Shown here: positions 27,930-37,528 of the stretch, one piece after another
How positions within the stretch are numbered: position 1 is the stretch's first letter
Layout of the letters: every line of letters starts with the position of its first letter
Position numbers and translations under genes: made by a program
Assembly: GCA_039715155.1 (NCBI GenBank)
Contig: JBDLHW010000001.1
Coordinates: 1 to 37,725, forward strand
Source: Campylobacterota bacterium
GTDB lineage: Bacteria > Campylobacterota > Campylobacteria > Campylobacterales > Sulfurimonadaceae
DNA length: 37,725 bases
Reading direction: 5' to 3'
The notes under the pieces: model-generated
What the model was told of the DNA's origin: nothing
Seen by the model: the letters and a program-made list of their open reading frames with translations, nothing else
Database searches by the model: none

Positions 27930-29440
27930 GCGAATACACCCTCTTGAAGCATCTCATTTACAACTTTAATATCAATATCCATTCTTCTGTCGTTTGTTAA
28001 TTTCTCAACTCTACCTCTTAAAGAATCATAATTCTTTTGTAAAAATGGTGAACAGTTCTCTCTGCCTCTTAAATCAACAGCCTGAGCCATACCCATAAGT
28101 GCAATACTTAACATATTTGCAAGGTTAGGTAACTGTTTAGAAAAATGAAGTGCAGCCGTTGTTCCCATACTTACCTTATCTTGGTTGAAAGATTCTGTAG
28201 GACGAGAGTGCAGTGATGCCGGAACTGTGTTCATAATAACATCAGCAGTAAGTGAACTAAGTGTTATCTGCATAGCCTTGAAACCGTGATGAGTTGATTT
28301 TGTATTTATCTTTAACGATTCACCAAGACCCTTGTTAAACTTATGGTCAACCAGAAGTCCGAACTCTTTATCAAGCAGGTCTGCCAAATTTCCGACACAG
28401 ATACGCATAGTATCCATTGCGTGTGCTACATAACCGCCGTAGAAGTTTCCAGATGTATAAATTCTGCCGCCTACATGGTCGATTAACGGGTTATCGTTTA
28501 CACCGTTTATCTCAGTCTCTATCCATTTTTTTGCAACTTCAAGATTATCGTGGATTACACCTAAAACCTGCGGTGAACATCTGATAGAGTATCTGTCTTG
28601 GATATTTTGCTCTTTCTCTAAATGAAAGTTTTCATATCTGCTGAACGCTTCGTGAGTAAGTTTAGAGTCAATACATTTTGCCAAAACATTTGCAGCAGCT
28701 TTTCTTTGTCCGTCAAATGGTTTAGAATCGTGAACGAAAGGCTCCAGTGGAGTAATATCACATAAAAGAAGTTCAAAAACAGATGCTACAAAACTCTCAG
28801 AAGAATCAAGTAAAACTTCAAACTTCTCTATAGAGTCTATAGCAATTGCACTCATTGCGGCTGTACCGTTCATGATAGCTAACGCTTCTTTTGGTTTGAA
28901 ACTATAAGGTCTAATATCTAGCTCTTTATAAACATCAACCGTACTTCTTGTCTCACCCTTGTATATAACCTCTCTCTCACCAGCAATAACAGCAGCGATA
29001 TATGAAAGTGGTGTAAGGTCTCCACTAGCTCCAACCGAACCTTGAGAAGGGATAAGAGGATAGATTTTATTTGTTAAAAGAAGCTCAAACCTTTTAAGTA
29101 AGTCATAACTGATTCCACTCTTACCTTTTGAAAGACTTATCATTCTGATAGTAACCATGATACGAGATACATTCGCACTTAAATATTCACCAACACCGCA
29201 GCCATGAAAACTGTAAAGATTTCTCTGTAACTCTTCTGCTTCTTCAAATGCAGCATAATTTTGACCAGCTTCACCATATCCAGTTGTTACACCGTAAATA
29301 GGACGACCCTTGCTTATATTGTCTATTAAAAACTCATGCCCCGCATTTATAAAATCTATAAACTCTTGTGAATCGTTTAGTTTGATCTCGTCTTCATATA
29401 TAAAATTTTTGTAACTTATTATTCTGTTATCTACTACCAT
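27926..29440 (-). CDS. MIO-dependent aromatic amino acid ammonia-lyase (HAL/PAL/TAL family)
   Basis: IYGVTTGYG, SVGASGDLTPL (ASG), KEALAIMNGT, QDRYSIRC, GNFYG. Confidence 0.93.
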   Translation of the reverse strand: MVVDNRIISYKNFIYEDEIKLNDSQEFIDFINAGHEFLIDNISKGRPIYGVTTGYGEAGQNYAAFEEAEELQRNLYSFHGCGVGEYLSANVSRIMVTIRMISLSKGKSGISYDLLKRFELLLTNKIYPLIPSQGSVGASGDLTPLSYIAAVIAGEREVIYKGETRSTVDVYKELDIRPYSFKPKEALAIMNGTAAMSAIAIDSIEKFEVLLDSSESFVASVFELLLCDITPLEPFVHDSKPFDGQRKAAANVLAKCIDSKLTHEAFSRYENFHLEKEQNIQDRYSIRCSPQVLGVIHDNLEVAKKWIETEINGVNDNPLIDHVGGRIYTSGNFYGGYVAHAMDTMRICVGNLADLLDKEFGLLVDHKFNKGLGESLKINTKSTHHGFKAMQITLSSLTADVIMNTVPASLHSRPTESFNQDKVSMGTTAALHFSKQLPNLANMLSIALMGMAQAVDLRGRENCSPFLQKNYDSLRGRVEKLTNDRRMDIDIKVVNEMLQEGVFA

Positions 29441-29477
29441 TATCTATCCTATACTAATTAAATATCATGTTTTTTAC

Positions 29478-29499
29478 AGCCAATTATATCAAATTGGCT
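29478..29499 (-). promoter_or_regulatory. Inverted repeat enclosing an extended -10 (TGATATAAT) upstream of the ammonia-lyase gene
   Basis: AGCCAATT-atatca-AATTGGCT; minus strand TGATATAAT at 29483-91. Confidence 0.45.
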
Positions 29500-29500
29500 C

Positions 29501-30736
29501 TTATAAATTATTTGAAACTGCCCTATGTATTATGTTTAATGACTTTCCTGATGCAGTTACAAATTTATTATTTTTATCCCATACATATCCGCTCAATACA
29601 GATACGATTCTTTTTTTAATATCTTCGTTAATATTTTTAGAGAAAAATATATCTTGAAGTCTTCCGTCATACCAAGCATTTACATAATCTCTAAACACAT
29701 TGATACCCATCATCATATAATCTTCATACTCAACACCATAATCTACTTCTTCACCTTTCAATTCTCTTGAAGTAAGCTCTGCTGCTTTTGCACCAGATTC
29801 TAAAGCTAGTGTAACACCTGAAGAAAAAACTGGGTCTAGGAACTCTGAAGCATTTCCTGTAAGAATATAATTTTTGTCAAAAAGTTTTGTAACTGCTGCA
29901 GAGTAACCACTTAATGAACCAACTTCAACCGTTCTCTTTGAGTTTTTATAGCGCTCGGCAGTATGTGGGTAAGTATGTATTATATGCTCCCAAAACTCCT
30001 CATCACTCATGTTGTGTGATTGGAAATACTCCTCTGTACAAACAATTCCAACAGAAGTTGTACCATCTGAAAAAGGGATATTCCATATCCATGCATCATT
30101 ATCTCCTACAACACTGATGATGATATAACCGTTTGTTTCACCATCAGGACGGATATCGTTATCTACCCTTGCAAATGTAGCACGGCGAAGCGCTAATGAA
30201 GAATCAGCTTCTAAGTTGAGAAGACGAGGTAAGACTCTACCGTAGCCAGATGCATCTAAAACTTTTTTCGCTTTATATTGCTCAGTAGTTCCATCAGAAT
30301 TTTTTACAGTTACTATATTTGCATTTTCATCATAATCAGTCACTTCAACTTCATACTCTACATCACAACCTTTAGCCTCGGCATCATCAATAAGAAGTTT
30401 ATCAAACTGCTCACGTTTAACTTGAAATGAGCTACCCCCTTTTTGTCCTAGGTTTTGAGAGAAATCAAGAGGAAGGTAATCATCTTTTTGAGATTCAAAA
30501 GTCGCACCACCTTTAAACTGAAACCCTGCATCCTCTACCGGTTTCAACATATTTGCGTTTTCAAGAAGCTCATTACATCTTGGAAGCAGAGATTCACCAA
30601 TAACAAATCTTGGAAGCTTCAACTTATCAACTATCTTTACACTAAAACCGTCTTGCACAAGTTTTGCACCTGAAATCGAACCCGCAGGCCCAGCACCTAT
30701 AATAAATACATCTACCTCTTTCATTTCCCTCTCCAT
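29501..30736 (-). CDS. FAD-dependent oxidoreductase, flavin-dependent halogenase-like
   Basis: GAGPAG, PRFVIGESLLP, GFQFKGGA, DASG, WIWNIP (WxWxIP), FLDPVFSSGV. Confidence 0.85.
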   Translation of the reverse strand: MEREMKEVDVFIIGAGPAGSISGAKLVQDGFSVKIVDKLKLPRFVIGESLLPRCNELLENANMLKPVEDAGFQFKGGATFESQKDDYLPLDFSQNLGQKGGSSFQVKREQFDKLLIDDAEAKGCDVEYEVEVTDYDENANIVTVKNSDGTTEQYKAKKVLDASGYGRVLPRLLNLEADSSLALRRATFARVDNDIRPDGETNGYIIISVVGDNDAWIWNIPFSDGTTSVGIVCTEEYFQSHNMSDEEFWEHIIHTYPHTAERYKNSKRTVEVGSLSGYSAAVTKLFDKNYILTGNASEFLDPVFSSGVTLALESGAKAAELTSRELKGEEVDYGVEYEDYMMMGINVFRDYVNAWYDGRLQDIFFSKNINEDIKKRIVSVLSGYVWDKNNKFVTASGKSLNIIHRAVSNNL

Positions 30737-30773
30737 TCACAAATTTTAATCATAGATTATAATCTAAATTCAT

Positions 30774-31574
30774 TTAAATTATCGTAAGGTTTAATACCTT
30801 ATAAGCGCCTTCATAGCAGTCTATATAAATTAAATCCTCTTTAGTCTCTATCCCTCTATTTACGGCAAAACTTGCCATAGTTTCAAAATATCCACCCTCT
30901 TTTTGTGTCTCTAACTCTTCACATCTCATTGATGAAAAAACTTTTGAACTTGACTTCTCAATTAGCTCTTTTATCTCACTCAAAGAGTATATTTTTGTAT
31001 CAAACTCTACTGACGCAATTGAATCATCTTCACTAAGTGAAAACTTTTGATAATTTACACTGCTTGTTACTTCAGTTGCCTCATCTAAACCAAGGACTCT
31101 TTTTATAACCTCATCAGGCTGGGTTGCTAAATCTATTGAACCTAAAATAGCATCCTTGTTAGAGACGTTAAGTGAAGCAAAAATAGATATCAAAGTATTT
31201 ATATATGTAAAATTATCAGATATCTGAAATGTGTTTTTACCCTTAACACCAAGTGATGACGCTACATAATAGCTTGTAGTATTTCCTAGCATGTTTATAA
31301 AATCAAACGGTTTGATAAACTCGTTTAAACGATGTACATAGTTATTTGTCTTTTGAAGGACATCTATATTTCCAACTCCGCTTGTTACATAAAGCTCATC
31401 ATCTCTGCTAATATCTGTATTCTCTTTTAACTTTTGTGCACCGTAAACGGCCAGATGGATAAAAGTATCTTGACGTCTGGTGTCGAGTTTATACTTCTGC
31501 TTCAACTCTTTTTTTACATTAAACTCTTTTATATCGCCCTTATAACTACTGCAAGCTTTTATATATAACTTCAT
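30774..31574 (-). CDS. Chain-length-factor-like (KS-derived) protein
   Basis: TRRQD.F..LA, KPFDFIN...NT...Y; no catalytic Cys/His evident; overlaps the KS gene. Confidence 0.65.
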   Translation of the reverse strand: MKLYIKACSSYKGDIKEFNVKKELKQKYKLDTRRQDTFIHLAVYGAQKLKENTDISRDDELYVTSGVGNIDVLQKTNNYVHRLNEFIKPFDFINMLGNTTSYYVASSLGVKGKNTFQISDNFTYINTLISIFASLNVSNKDAILGSIDLATQPDEVIKRVLGLDEATEVTSSVNYQKFSLSEDDSIASVEFDTKIYSLSEIKELIEKSSSKVFSSMRCEELETQKEGGYFETMASFAVNRGIETKEDLIYIDCYEGAYKVLNLTII

Positions 31575-32698
31575 ACCAACTCTTTTTGTATAACTACAGA
31601 AGTATTATTTCCGCCAAAACCAAAGTAATTCAACATAAATACACCTTTTTCACACTTCTTATGCTCTTGCAAAGGTATATACTCTTTAATAATAGATTCA
31701 CTATGGTTAATTGTGCCGGGGATAAATCCATCATCGATAGCTGACATAAATATAGCCATCTCCAATACTCCACATGCACCTAAAGTATGGCCTGTATAAG
31801 GTTTTAGTGCAGTAAATATTATATCTTTATCAAACACTTTACTTATCGCATTTATCTCGGACATGTCATTTGTAGGTGTACTTGTTGCATGAGCTTTTAG
31901 AGCAATGATATCACTTACATCTACATCAGAAAACTTTATGGCGCGATTCATAACCTCTGCATACTCTTCACCGCTAGGGCTAACCGAAGTAATATTCAAA
32001 GAGTTACAATTACTATAACCGCCCCTGAGATTCCAAGGAGATTCATCACGACCAACTAAGATAGCAGCTATAGCCTCACCTAAAACAAGTCCATCTCTTG
32101 AGAGATCAAAAGGCTTTTGAGACTCTGAAGATAGAAGTTTCATTGAACTAAAACCACTGCTCATCATCTCTGAGAAAACCTCTACCCCTATTACAATTGC
32201 ATACTCAAACACACCGCTGTTTATAAGGTTTCTAGCTTCTAAAACTGCATTTATACTTGAGGTACAAGCTGTATTTAGAGTCATTGTAAAATCGTTTAAC
32301 CCAAACTCTTTTGCTATCTCTTTTGCATAAGTGTCTATAGATTTTTTAGCAGAAGCGTAAGGTTTTTTTGTATCTTCGTAAACGCTCGCTTCAACAGAAT
32401 CTATAATATTCATATCAACAAGTGCTGTACCTAAAACAATGGCTGTTTTTTCTCTTTTTTTCGCATCTAGATTATTGACTATAGGAAGGATAACCTCTCT
32501 TATAGCTGACAAGATGCTCTGTTGATTCTCCTGTACCTCATCTTGGAATAAATAGTATGGGATTTTTATCTTGTCATCTAACGTGGGTACCTCTTTTGAA
32601 GATATTTTAACTTCAGAATTTTTGATAGCCTCAAGAGTCTCTTTTATATCCCCCTGAGAAGATCTTATAGAGTAGTCTAAAATATTGATACTATGCAT
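31571..32698 (-). CDS. Beta-ketoacyl-ACP synthase (type II PKS / APE-type KS)
   Basis: TACTSS, PFD..RDGL.LGE, AHATST..ND, KPYTGHTLGA, FGFGGNN. Confidence 0.92.
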   Translation of the reverse strand: MHSINILDYSIRSSQGDIKETLEAIKNSEVKISSKEVPTLDDKIKIPYYLFQDEVQENQQSILSAIREVILPIVNNLDAKKREKTAIVLGTALVDMNIIDSVEASVYEDTKKPYASAKKSIDTYAKEIAKEFGLNDFTMTLNTACTSSINAVLEARNLINSGVFEYAIVIGVEVFSEMMSSGFSSMKLLSSESQKPFDLSRDGLVLGEAIAAILVGRDESPWNLRGGYSNCNSLNITSVSPSGEEYAEVMNRAIKFSDVDVSDIIALKAHATSTPTNDMSEINAISKVFDKDIIFTALKPYTGHTLGACGVLEMAIFMSAIDDGFIPGTINHSESIIKEYIPLQEHKKCEKGVFMLNYFGFGGNNTSVVIQKELV

Positions 32699-32957
32699 TT
32701 TGCTCTTTTATATAATCAGCCAAGTCATCTATGGTTGTAACAACCCTTCTAAAGTCTTTAGAATCTCCAAGTCTGATACCAAAGTTGTTTTGAAGTCCCA
32801 TGGATATCTGAAGAGCATCCAAAGAATCTAACTCCAATCCACTCGCATCTGAAAAAAGTTCAACATCATTTGCCACATCTTCCGGAGTTACTTCTTCCTT
32901 TTCACACTCATCAATAATCATCTTTTTTAAATCATATTTTAGTTGTTCTATATCCAT
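32691..32957 (-). CDS. Acyl carrier protein
   Basis: Acidic 88 aa, GLELDSLDAL phosphopantetheine site. Confidence 0.92.
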   Translation of the reverse strand: MDIEQLKYDLKKMIIDECEKEEVTPEDVANDVELFSDASGLELDSLDALQISMGLQNNFGIRLGDSKDFRRVVTTIDDLADYIKEQNA

Positions 32958-34097
32958 TTAAATACCCCTGTTTATTCTTATTTGTAATATTATCATAGAT
33001 GCCATTAAAGCTACAAAACCAAAAACCAGTAGCATAACAACATCACCTATTATCATCTGTAAATCTGCCGCTTTTAAAAATATATCTAAAAAGCCGTCAA
33101 GCCCCCATGACATAGGAGACAACTCTGCCAATCTCTGCATAGAATCAGGCATAACAAACTTTGGAACCATCACACCGCCGATAGCACCAAGAAGTATATT
33201 TAATATACCTCCTATAGTTGTAGCCTGCTCACCAGAAGATGCACTTACCGCTATCAGGGATGAAACACCTATAGCAGATATACTAAGAGCTATTGAGAGT
33301 GTAATTAACGCTATAACTGAACCATTTATCTCCAAAGCAGGAGTATCAAAAAGCGGAACTAAAAATATACCTACAGCTATCATTATCCAAACTTGAATCT
33401 GGTTTATAACTAGGTACGGGATACTTTTAGATACCATCATCGAAGATATTGATATGTTCATAGAGCTTAAGCGTGCTAATGTATTTTGTTTTCTCTCATT
33501 TATATATATAGTCGACATAGGTATGATAATAAAAAACATACCAAAAACTATCCAAGCGGGAACACTTTGCTGAGTAGAGTTTGGTATGGCTTTAGAATCG
33601 TTATATTTTACTTTATATAGGTTTTCGACAGAGGTATCTATAGATGACAGACTGTCTGAGGCTTTTGATGAAAACTTTTTTATAGATTCTGCCATCGAAT
33701 CAAATCTTGCATCCAAAAGATGCTTGGAGAGCATCGATTTAAATATCTCTATCTGATCGCTTTTTATAGAATCAACAACCGTTATCCTAACTTTTTTCTT
33801 TGTATTTTTTGAATAACGCTTTGGTATAGTCACAATAAATGAAGCACCCTCTTTTTTTGATTGAAGATTTAAAGAGGAATCTTCTTTAACACCTGCAAGT
33901 ATATCTTTACTCATCTCGGTTTTATCAGAATCTTTAATATACAAAGAGAACTCTATAGTATCTTTTGAAAACTGCTCACGCATAGCCACAGACATTATAA
34001 GTATAAATATAGCAGGCATCACAAAAAGAGCAAGAAGCGCATGCTTGTCTCTAATAACCAGTAAAAACTCTTTTTTAATCATGGCACTAAGCATCAT
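32958..34097 (-). CDS. ABC-2 type exporter permease
   Basis: KEFLL..RD, QQSVPAWIVFGMFF, LGAIGG.MVP..VMP, LSPM.W. Confidence 0.9.
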   Translation of the reverse strand: MMLSAMIKKEFLLVIRDKHALLALFVMPAIFILIMSVAMREQFSKDTIEFSLYIKDSDKTEMSKDILAGVKEDSSLNLQSKKEGASFIVTIPKRYSKNTKKKVRITVVDSIKSDQIEIFKSMLSKHLLDARFDSMAESIKKFSSKASDSLSSIDTSVENLYKVKYNDSKAIPNSTQQSVPAWIVFGMFFIIIPMSTIYINERKQNTLARLSSMNISISSMMVSKSIPYLVINQIQVWIMIAVGIFLVPLFDTPALEINGSVIALITLSIALSISAIGVSSLIAVSASSGEQATTIGGILNILLGAIGGVMVPKFVMPDSMQRLAELSPMSWGLDGFLDIFLKAADLQMIIGDVVMLLVFGFVALMASMIILQIRINRGI

Positions 34098-34962
34098 CTG
34101 CTCCCGTAATATCTAAAAAGTGTTTTTCAAGATTGGTTGAACCGTACCTAATCTGTTTGATATGAATCTCATTTTTATTTAGAGTATCCACTATCTCAAA
34201 AAGCTCACTTTCACTTGCCTGTATAGTTGTAGAGTCTGTGAAATTCAAATCGATAGACTTAAGAGTTTCATTATATATAACCTCTATGTTGACCTTATCA
34301 CTTACCTTATTTGAGAGAAGGTTTTCAAGAGTATCCTGCTCAACAAGCTTACCCTCATTTATAATGGCAACCTCATCACAAATCCTTTCTATCTCCGTCA
34401 TATAATGACTTGTATATACAACCGTAATTCCTAAGTCTTTATAACTTTTTATAGAATCAAGTATCTCATTTCTGCTTTTTGGATCAACACCGACTGTAGG
34501 TTCATCAAAATAGATAACTTTTGGATTATTTAAAAGACCTATAGCGATGTTAAGTCTTCTTTTCTGTCCACCCGAAAGTGTTGAAGCTTTTTGTTCTAAA
34601 AGACTTTCTAATGAATTTATCTCTATTGCTCTTTGAATATCTTCATCTTTTGAACCTTGGATTGATGCAAAAAAATCAAGATTCTCTTTTACAGTCAGTT
34701 TTTCGTAAAAGGCAAGAGACTGAGGGATTATAGAGCTTATCTTTTTTATATCTTTTAGATGGTGTTTGATATCAAGACCAAAAATCTCTATATCTCCGCT
34801 ATCTATATCTATAAGACCATTAAGAATTGATAGAAGAGTTGTTTTACCTGCTCCGTTTACCCCAAGCAGACCAAAAACCGAACCCTCTTTTATCTCTAAA
34901 CTAAGAGAATCTAATGCTTTTTTATCCCCGTAAGATTTAGTTACATTAGATATTTTTATCAT
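34087..34962 (-). CDS. ABC transporter ATP-binding protein
   Basis: [28 protein letters not shown]. Confidence 0.95.
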   Translation of the reverse strand: MIKISNVTKSYGDKKALDSLSLEIKEGSVFGLLGVNGAGKTTLLSILNGLIDIDSGDIEIFGLDIKHHLKDIKKISSIIPQSLAFYEKLTVKENLDFFASIQGSKDEDIQRAIEINSLESLLEQKASTLSGGQKRRLNIAIGLLNNPKVIYFDEPTVGVDPKSRNEILDSIKSYKDLGITVVYTSHYMTEIERICDEVAIINEGKLVEQDTLENLLSNKVSDKVNIEVIYNETLKSIDLNFTDSTTIQASESELFEIVDTLNKNEIHIKQIRYGSTNLEKHFLDITGADDA

Positions 34963-34965
34963 CTG

Positions 34966-35967
34966 TTATCTACCGGTAAACTCTAAAAGTTTTTTATATA
35001 CTTTTGTTTCTTCATCAGATATGAAACTTAGTTTTTCGGCTATAGATTTATAATCAATCTCATTTTTTGATTTTATAGCTTTTGCAATCATCAGTGCAAA
35101 ATCTCTAAAGTTGTCACCAACCTCTAAGAACATCTCCGAGGCCTCTTTTAAAGTCTCATCATTGTCAAACATAACACTCGCTTCTTGCAAGAATGAAGCG
35201 TACAAATACCTAAAACCGGCTCCGCCTGTACCAATCTCCTCTTGCATTCTTACGATATGTCCAAGGTATAATTTTGCATAACGCTTATCTTTAGAGTTTA
35301 ATTTCGATATAGACTTAGCCAAGTATTTCATACCCTTTAGACCAGCTATAGGGACAGGCGTTCCAAGCATAGACTTTGCAGTTTTTTTGATACTTTTTTT
35401 AACTACAGGTTTTAAATCTATCTCTCTAGGAATATCTGTCGGATAATATAAAAGTCCCTTTGGAGCCATAACACCTTTAACAAACCTGGCCTTAGAGAGT
35501 GATGCTTTGTCACACACCACGGCATTTTCAAAAACAGGGTCACTTATGTTGTAGTTGTCTCCCTCTTTTGCATAAACTAAAAGATTATGAGCATTAAAAT
35601 GAAATCTCATCTCCTCTGGGAAATACGGCAGCCAATAAACAGATGTCTGGGCACCTACGATTTTACCCTCTTTTAAAAGCTCATCAAGTCTTGCTTCACC
35701 TTTCTCTTTTTTAGAAAAAGTCTCAAGTTTCATCTTTACTTTTAGGTTTTTCTGAATATTTTTTATAATTGACTTGGGCATACTTCTATACGCTATTAAA
35801 GGCATTCCACCCATCTTTATAAACGGAAGATATGCAAATGTTAATGCACTTGATAATCCAAAAACCATAGGCTCACTAATATCTAATCCATAATGTCTTA
35901 ACATTGAAGACATCACTCCACTCTCACAATGTGCAGAGTGTCTGTGCTCAAAACTATTCACACTCAT
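34966..35967 (-). CDS. BtrH-like (papain/C39-fold) protein typical of dialkylresorcinol clusters
   Basis: AHCESG, SEPMVFG, FHFNAHN, SDP, MQEEIGTGGAGFR. Confidence 0.85.
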   Translation of the reverse strand: MSVNSFEHRHSAHCESGVMSSMLRHYGLDISEPMVFGLSSALTFAYLPFIKMGGMPLIAYRSMPKSIIKNIQKNLKVKMKLETFSKKEKGEARLDELLKEGKIVGAQTSVYWLPYFPEEMRFHFNAHNLLVYAKEGDNYNISDPVFENAVVCDKASLSKARFVKGVMAPKGLLYYPTDIPREIDLKPVVKKSIKKTAKSMLGTPVPIAGLKGMKYLAKSISKLNSKDKRYAKLYLGHIVRMQEEIGTGGAGFRYLYASFLQEASVMFDNDETLKEASEMFLEVGDNFRDFALMIAKAIKSKNEIDYKSIAEKLSFISDEETKVYKKLLEFTGR

Positions 35968-36370
35968 AATCCAACTCTTCCAATACTTTTAATTGCTCTA
36001 TAGTTTTACCCATAGCATCAGCATAAACAGCCAATCTTTTATCTGTGATTTTCGCATACTTTTGAGGATTAAAATCTTTTTTTATTGTCCATTTGAAAAA
36101 ACCTGTAGAATCAGCTAAAACCTGCAGATCCATTCTAACTGCATACATATAATAATAAAGCGGTGATTTAGCACCATTTTTCACTTCACAGTAAGCATCT
36201 TTAGCACTATCTTCTAAATCATGAAGCGCCTGCTTCGTAACAGTCTCTTCTGCTTCCCAACCGGATGAACCAACTGTTTTTACTTTACCGTTTTCATCTT
36301 TAGCATATATCGCTTTCTTATTATTTGCATATGTAGAGCTGCCATCCTGAGGAACATTTTTAACATCCAT
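35954..36370 (-). CDS. Hypothetical protein between darB and the BtrH-like gene
   Basis: VPQD, YA.D..G....S.GWE.E, SPL.YYM...MD motifs; operonic position. Confidence 0.7.
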   Translation of the reverse strand: MDVKNVPQDGSSTYANNKKAIYAKDENGKVKTVGSSGWEAEETVTKQALHDLEDSAKDAYCEVKNGAKSPLYYYMYAVRMDLQVLADSTGFFKWTIKKDFNPQKYAKITDKRLAVYADAMGKTIEQLKVLEELDYECE

Positions 36371-36371
36371 A

Positions 36372-37520
36372 CTAAACTGCTTCTAGTAACATAAACGCTG
36401 TAGAGAATCTTCCACTCTCCGGGATATAACACAGAAGCTTATCCCCTTTTTGAATTTTACCGGACTTTAACAGCTCTTCTATCATAATATATATAGAAGC
36501 TGAACCTGTATTTCCTTTAGATGAAAGGTTTGTAAACCATCTCTCCTGAGGTATATCACAAGAAGCGTTTTTCATCTTCTCATAAACCTCATCCCTAAAA
36601 TAGTTTGATGAATAGTGAGGCAGGAACCAGTCTATCTCATCGGGGTTAAACATATTTTCCTCAAGCATCATCTCTAATGGTTTTTGTACTGTGTAATCAG
36701 TAATATTCTCATTTAATAACTTAACATCTTGTTTAACTGAAAAGATAGATTTATCTAACCACTCTTGCGGCATGTAATTTCTCCATCCTCGAAGAGAGCC
36801 ATCTTCTTGTTTTTCACATCCTGAGTACATACATGCCTCAAGTTCATTAGCGAAAGAACGTGAAAAGATTTTGTCTATTCTAAGTGATATTTCACCATCA
36901 TTTGGATTAGAGCTAAGAACGACTGCACCAGCTCCATCGCTAAGCATCCATCTTAAGAAATCTTTCTCAAATGCTATCTCGCCATTAGTCTCCAGCTCAT
37001 CAACTCTTGCTTCAATCTCTGGTTCAAAATTTTCGGCTCTCATTACAGCAGAAGCATTTTCGCTTCCTGTTGAAATTGCCACTTCTGAATCTCCGGACTT
37101 TATAGAGTTATATGCATATTTTAAAGATGTAATTCCACTAAGGCATATTCCAGCAGTTGATATAACTTCTAGGGGCTTCATCCCAACTTCACCGTGAACC
37201 ATAAGTGCATGATTTGGCATAAGCTGATCCGCCACTGTAGTTCCACAGGCCAACACTTCTACACTATCTAAATCAAAGCCATTTTTTTGTAATTTTCTTA
37301 TGGCATTTGCTGTAAGTTCAGTATTTGTATGTGTAGCTTTTCTTGTTTTTGGGTCTATTGCATAATATCTTGTCTTAATTTTGTTTGATCTTAGGATAAG
37401 TCTTTTGGCACGAGATGGTCTATCTCCAACTTGTCCTAATACTTTTTCGATATTTTCATTATCAACAGCTTCATTTGGTAGAAAGACAGCTATCTTGTTT
37501 ATATATACCTCTCTTGACAA
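36372..37520 (-). CDS. darB: DarB/StlD-family KAS III-type ketosynthase
   Basis: TTG start with GGAG RBS; AGIC (Cys), FEKDFLRWMLSDGAGA, LPHYSS (His), GNTGSAS (Asn), PESGRF. Confidence 0.88.
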   Translation of the reverse strand: MSREVYINKIAVFLPNEAVDNENIEKVLGQVGDRPSRAKRLILRSNKIKTRYYAIDPKTRKATHTNTELTANAIRKLQKNGFDLDSVEVLACGTTVADQLMPNHALMVHGEVGMKPLEVISTAGICLSGITSLKYAYNSIKSGDSEVAISTGSENASAVMRAENFEPEIEARVDELETNGEIAFEKDFLRWMLSDGAGAVVLSSNPNDGEISLRIDKIFSRSFANELEACMYSGCEKQEDGSLRGWRNYMPQEWLDKSIFSVKQDVKLLNENITDYTVQKPLEMMLEENMFNPDEIDWFLPHYSSNYFRDEVYEKMKNASCDIPQERWFTNLSSKGNTGSASIYIMIEELLKSGKIQKGDKLLCYIPESGRFSTAFMLLEAV

Positions 37521-37528
37521 ACTATCTC

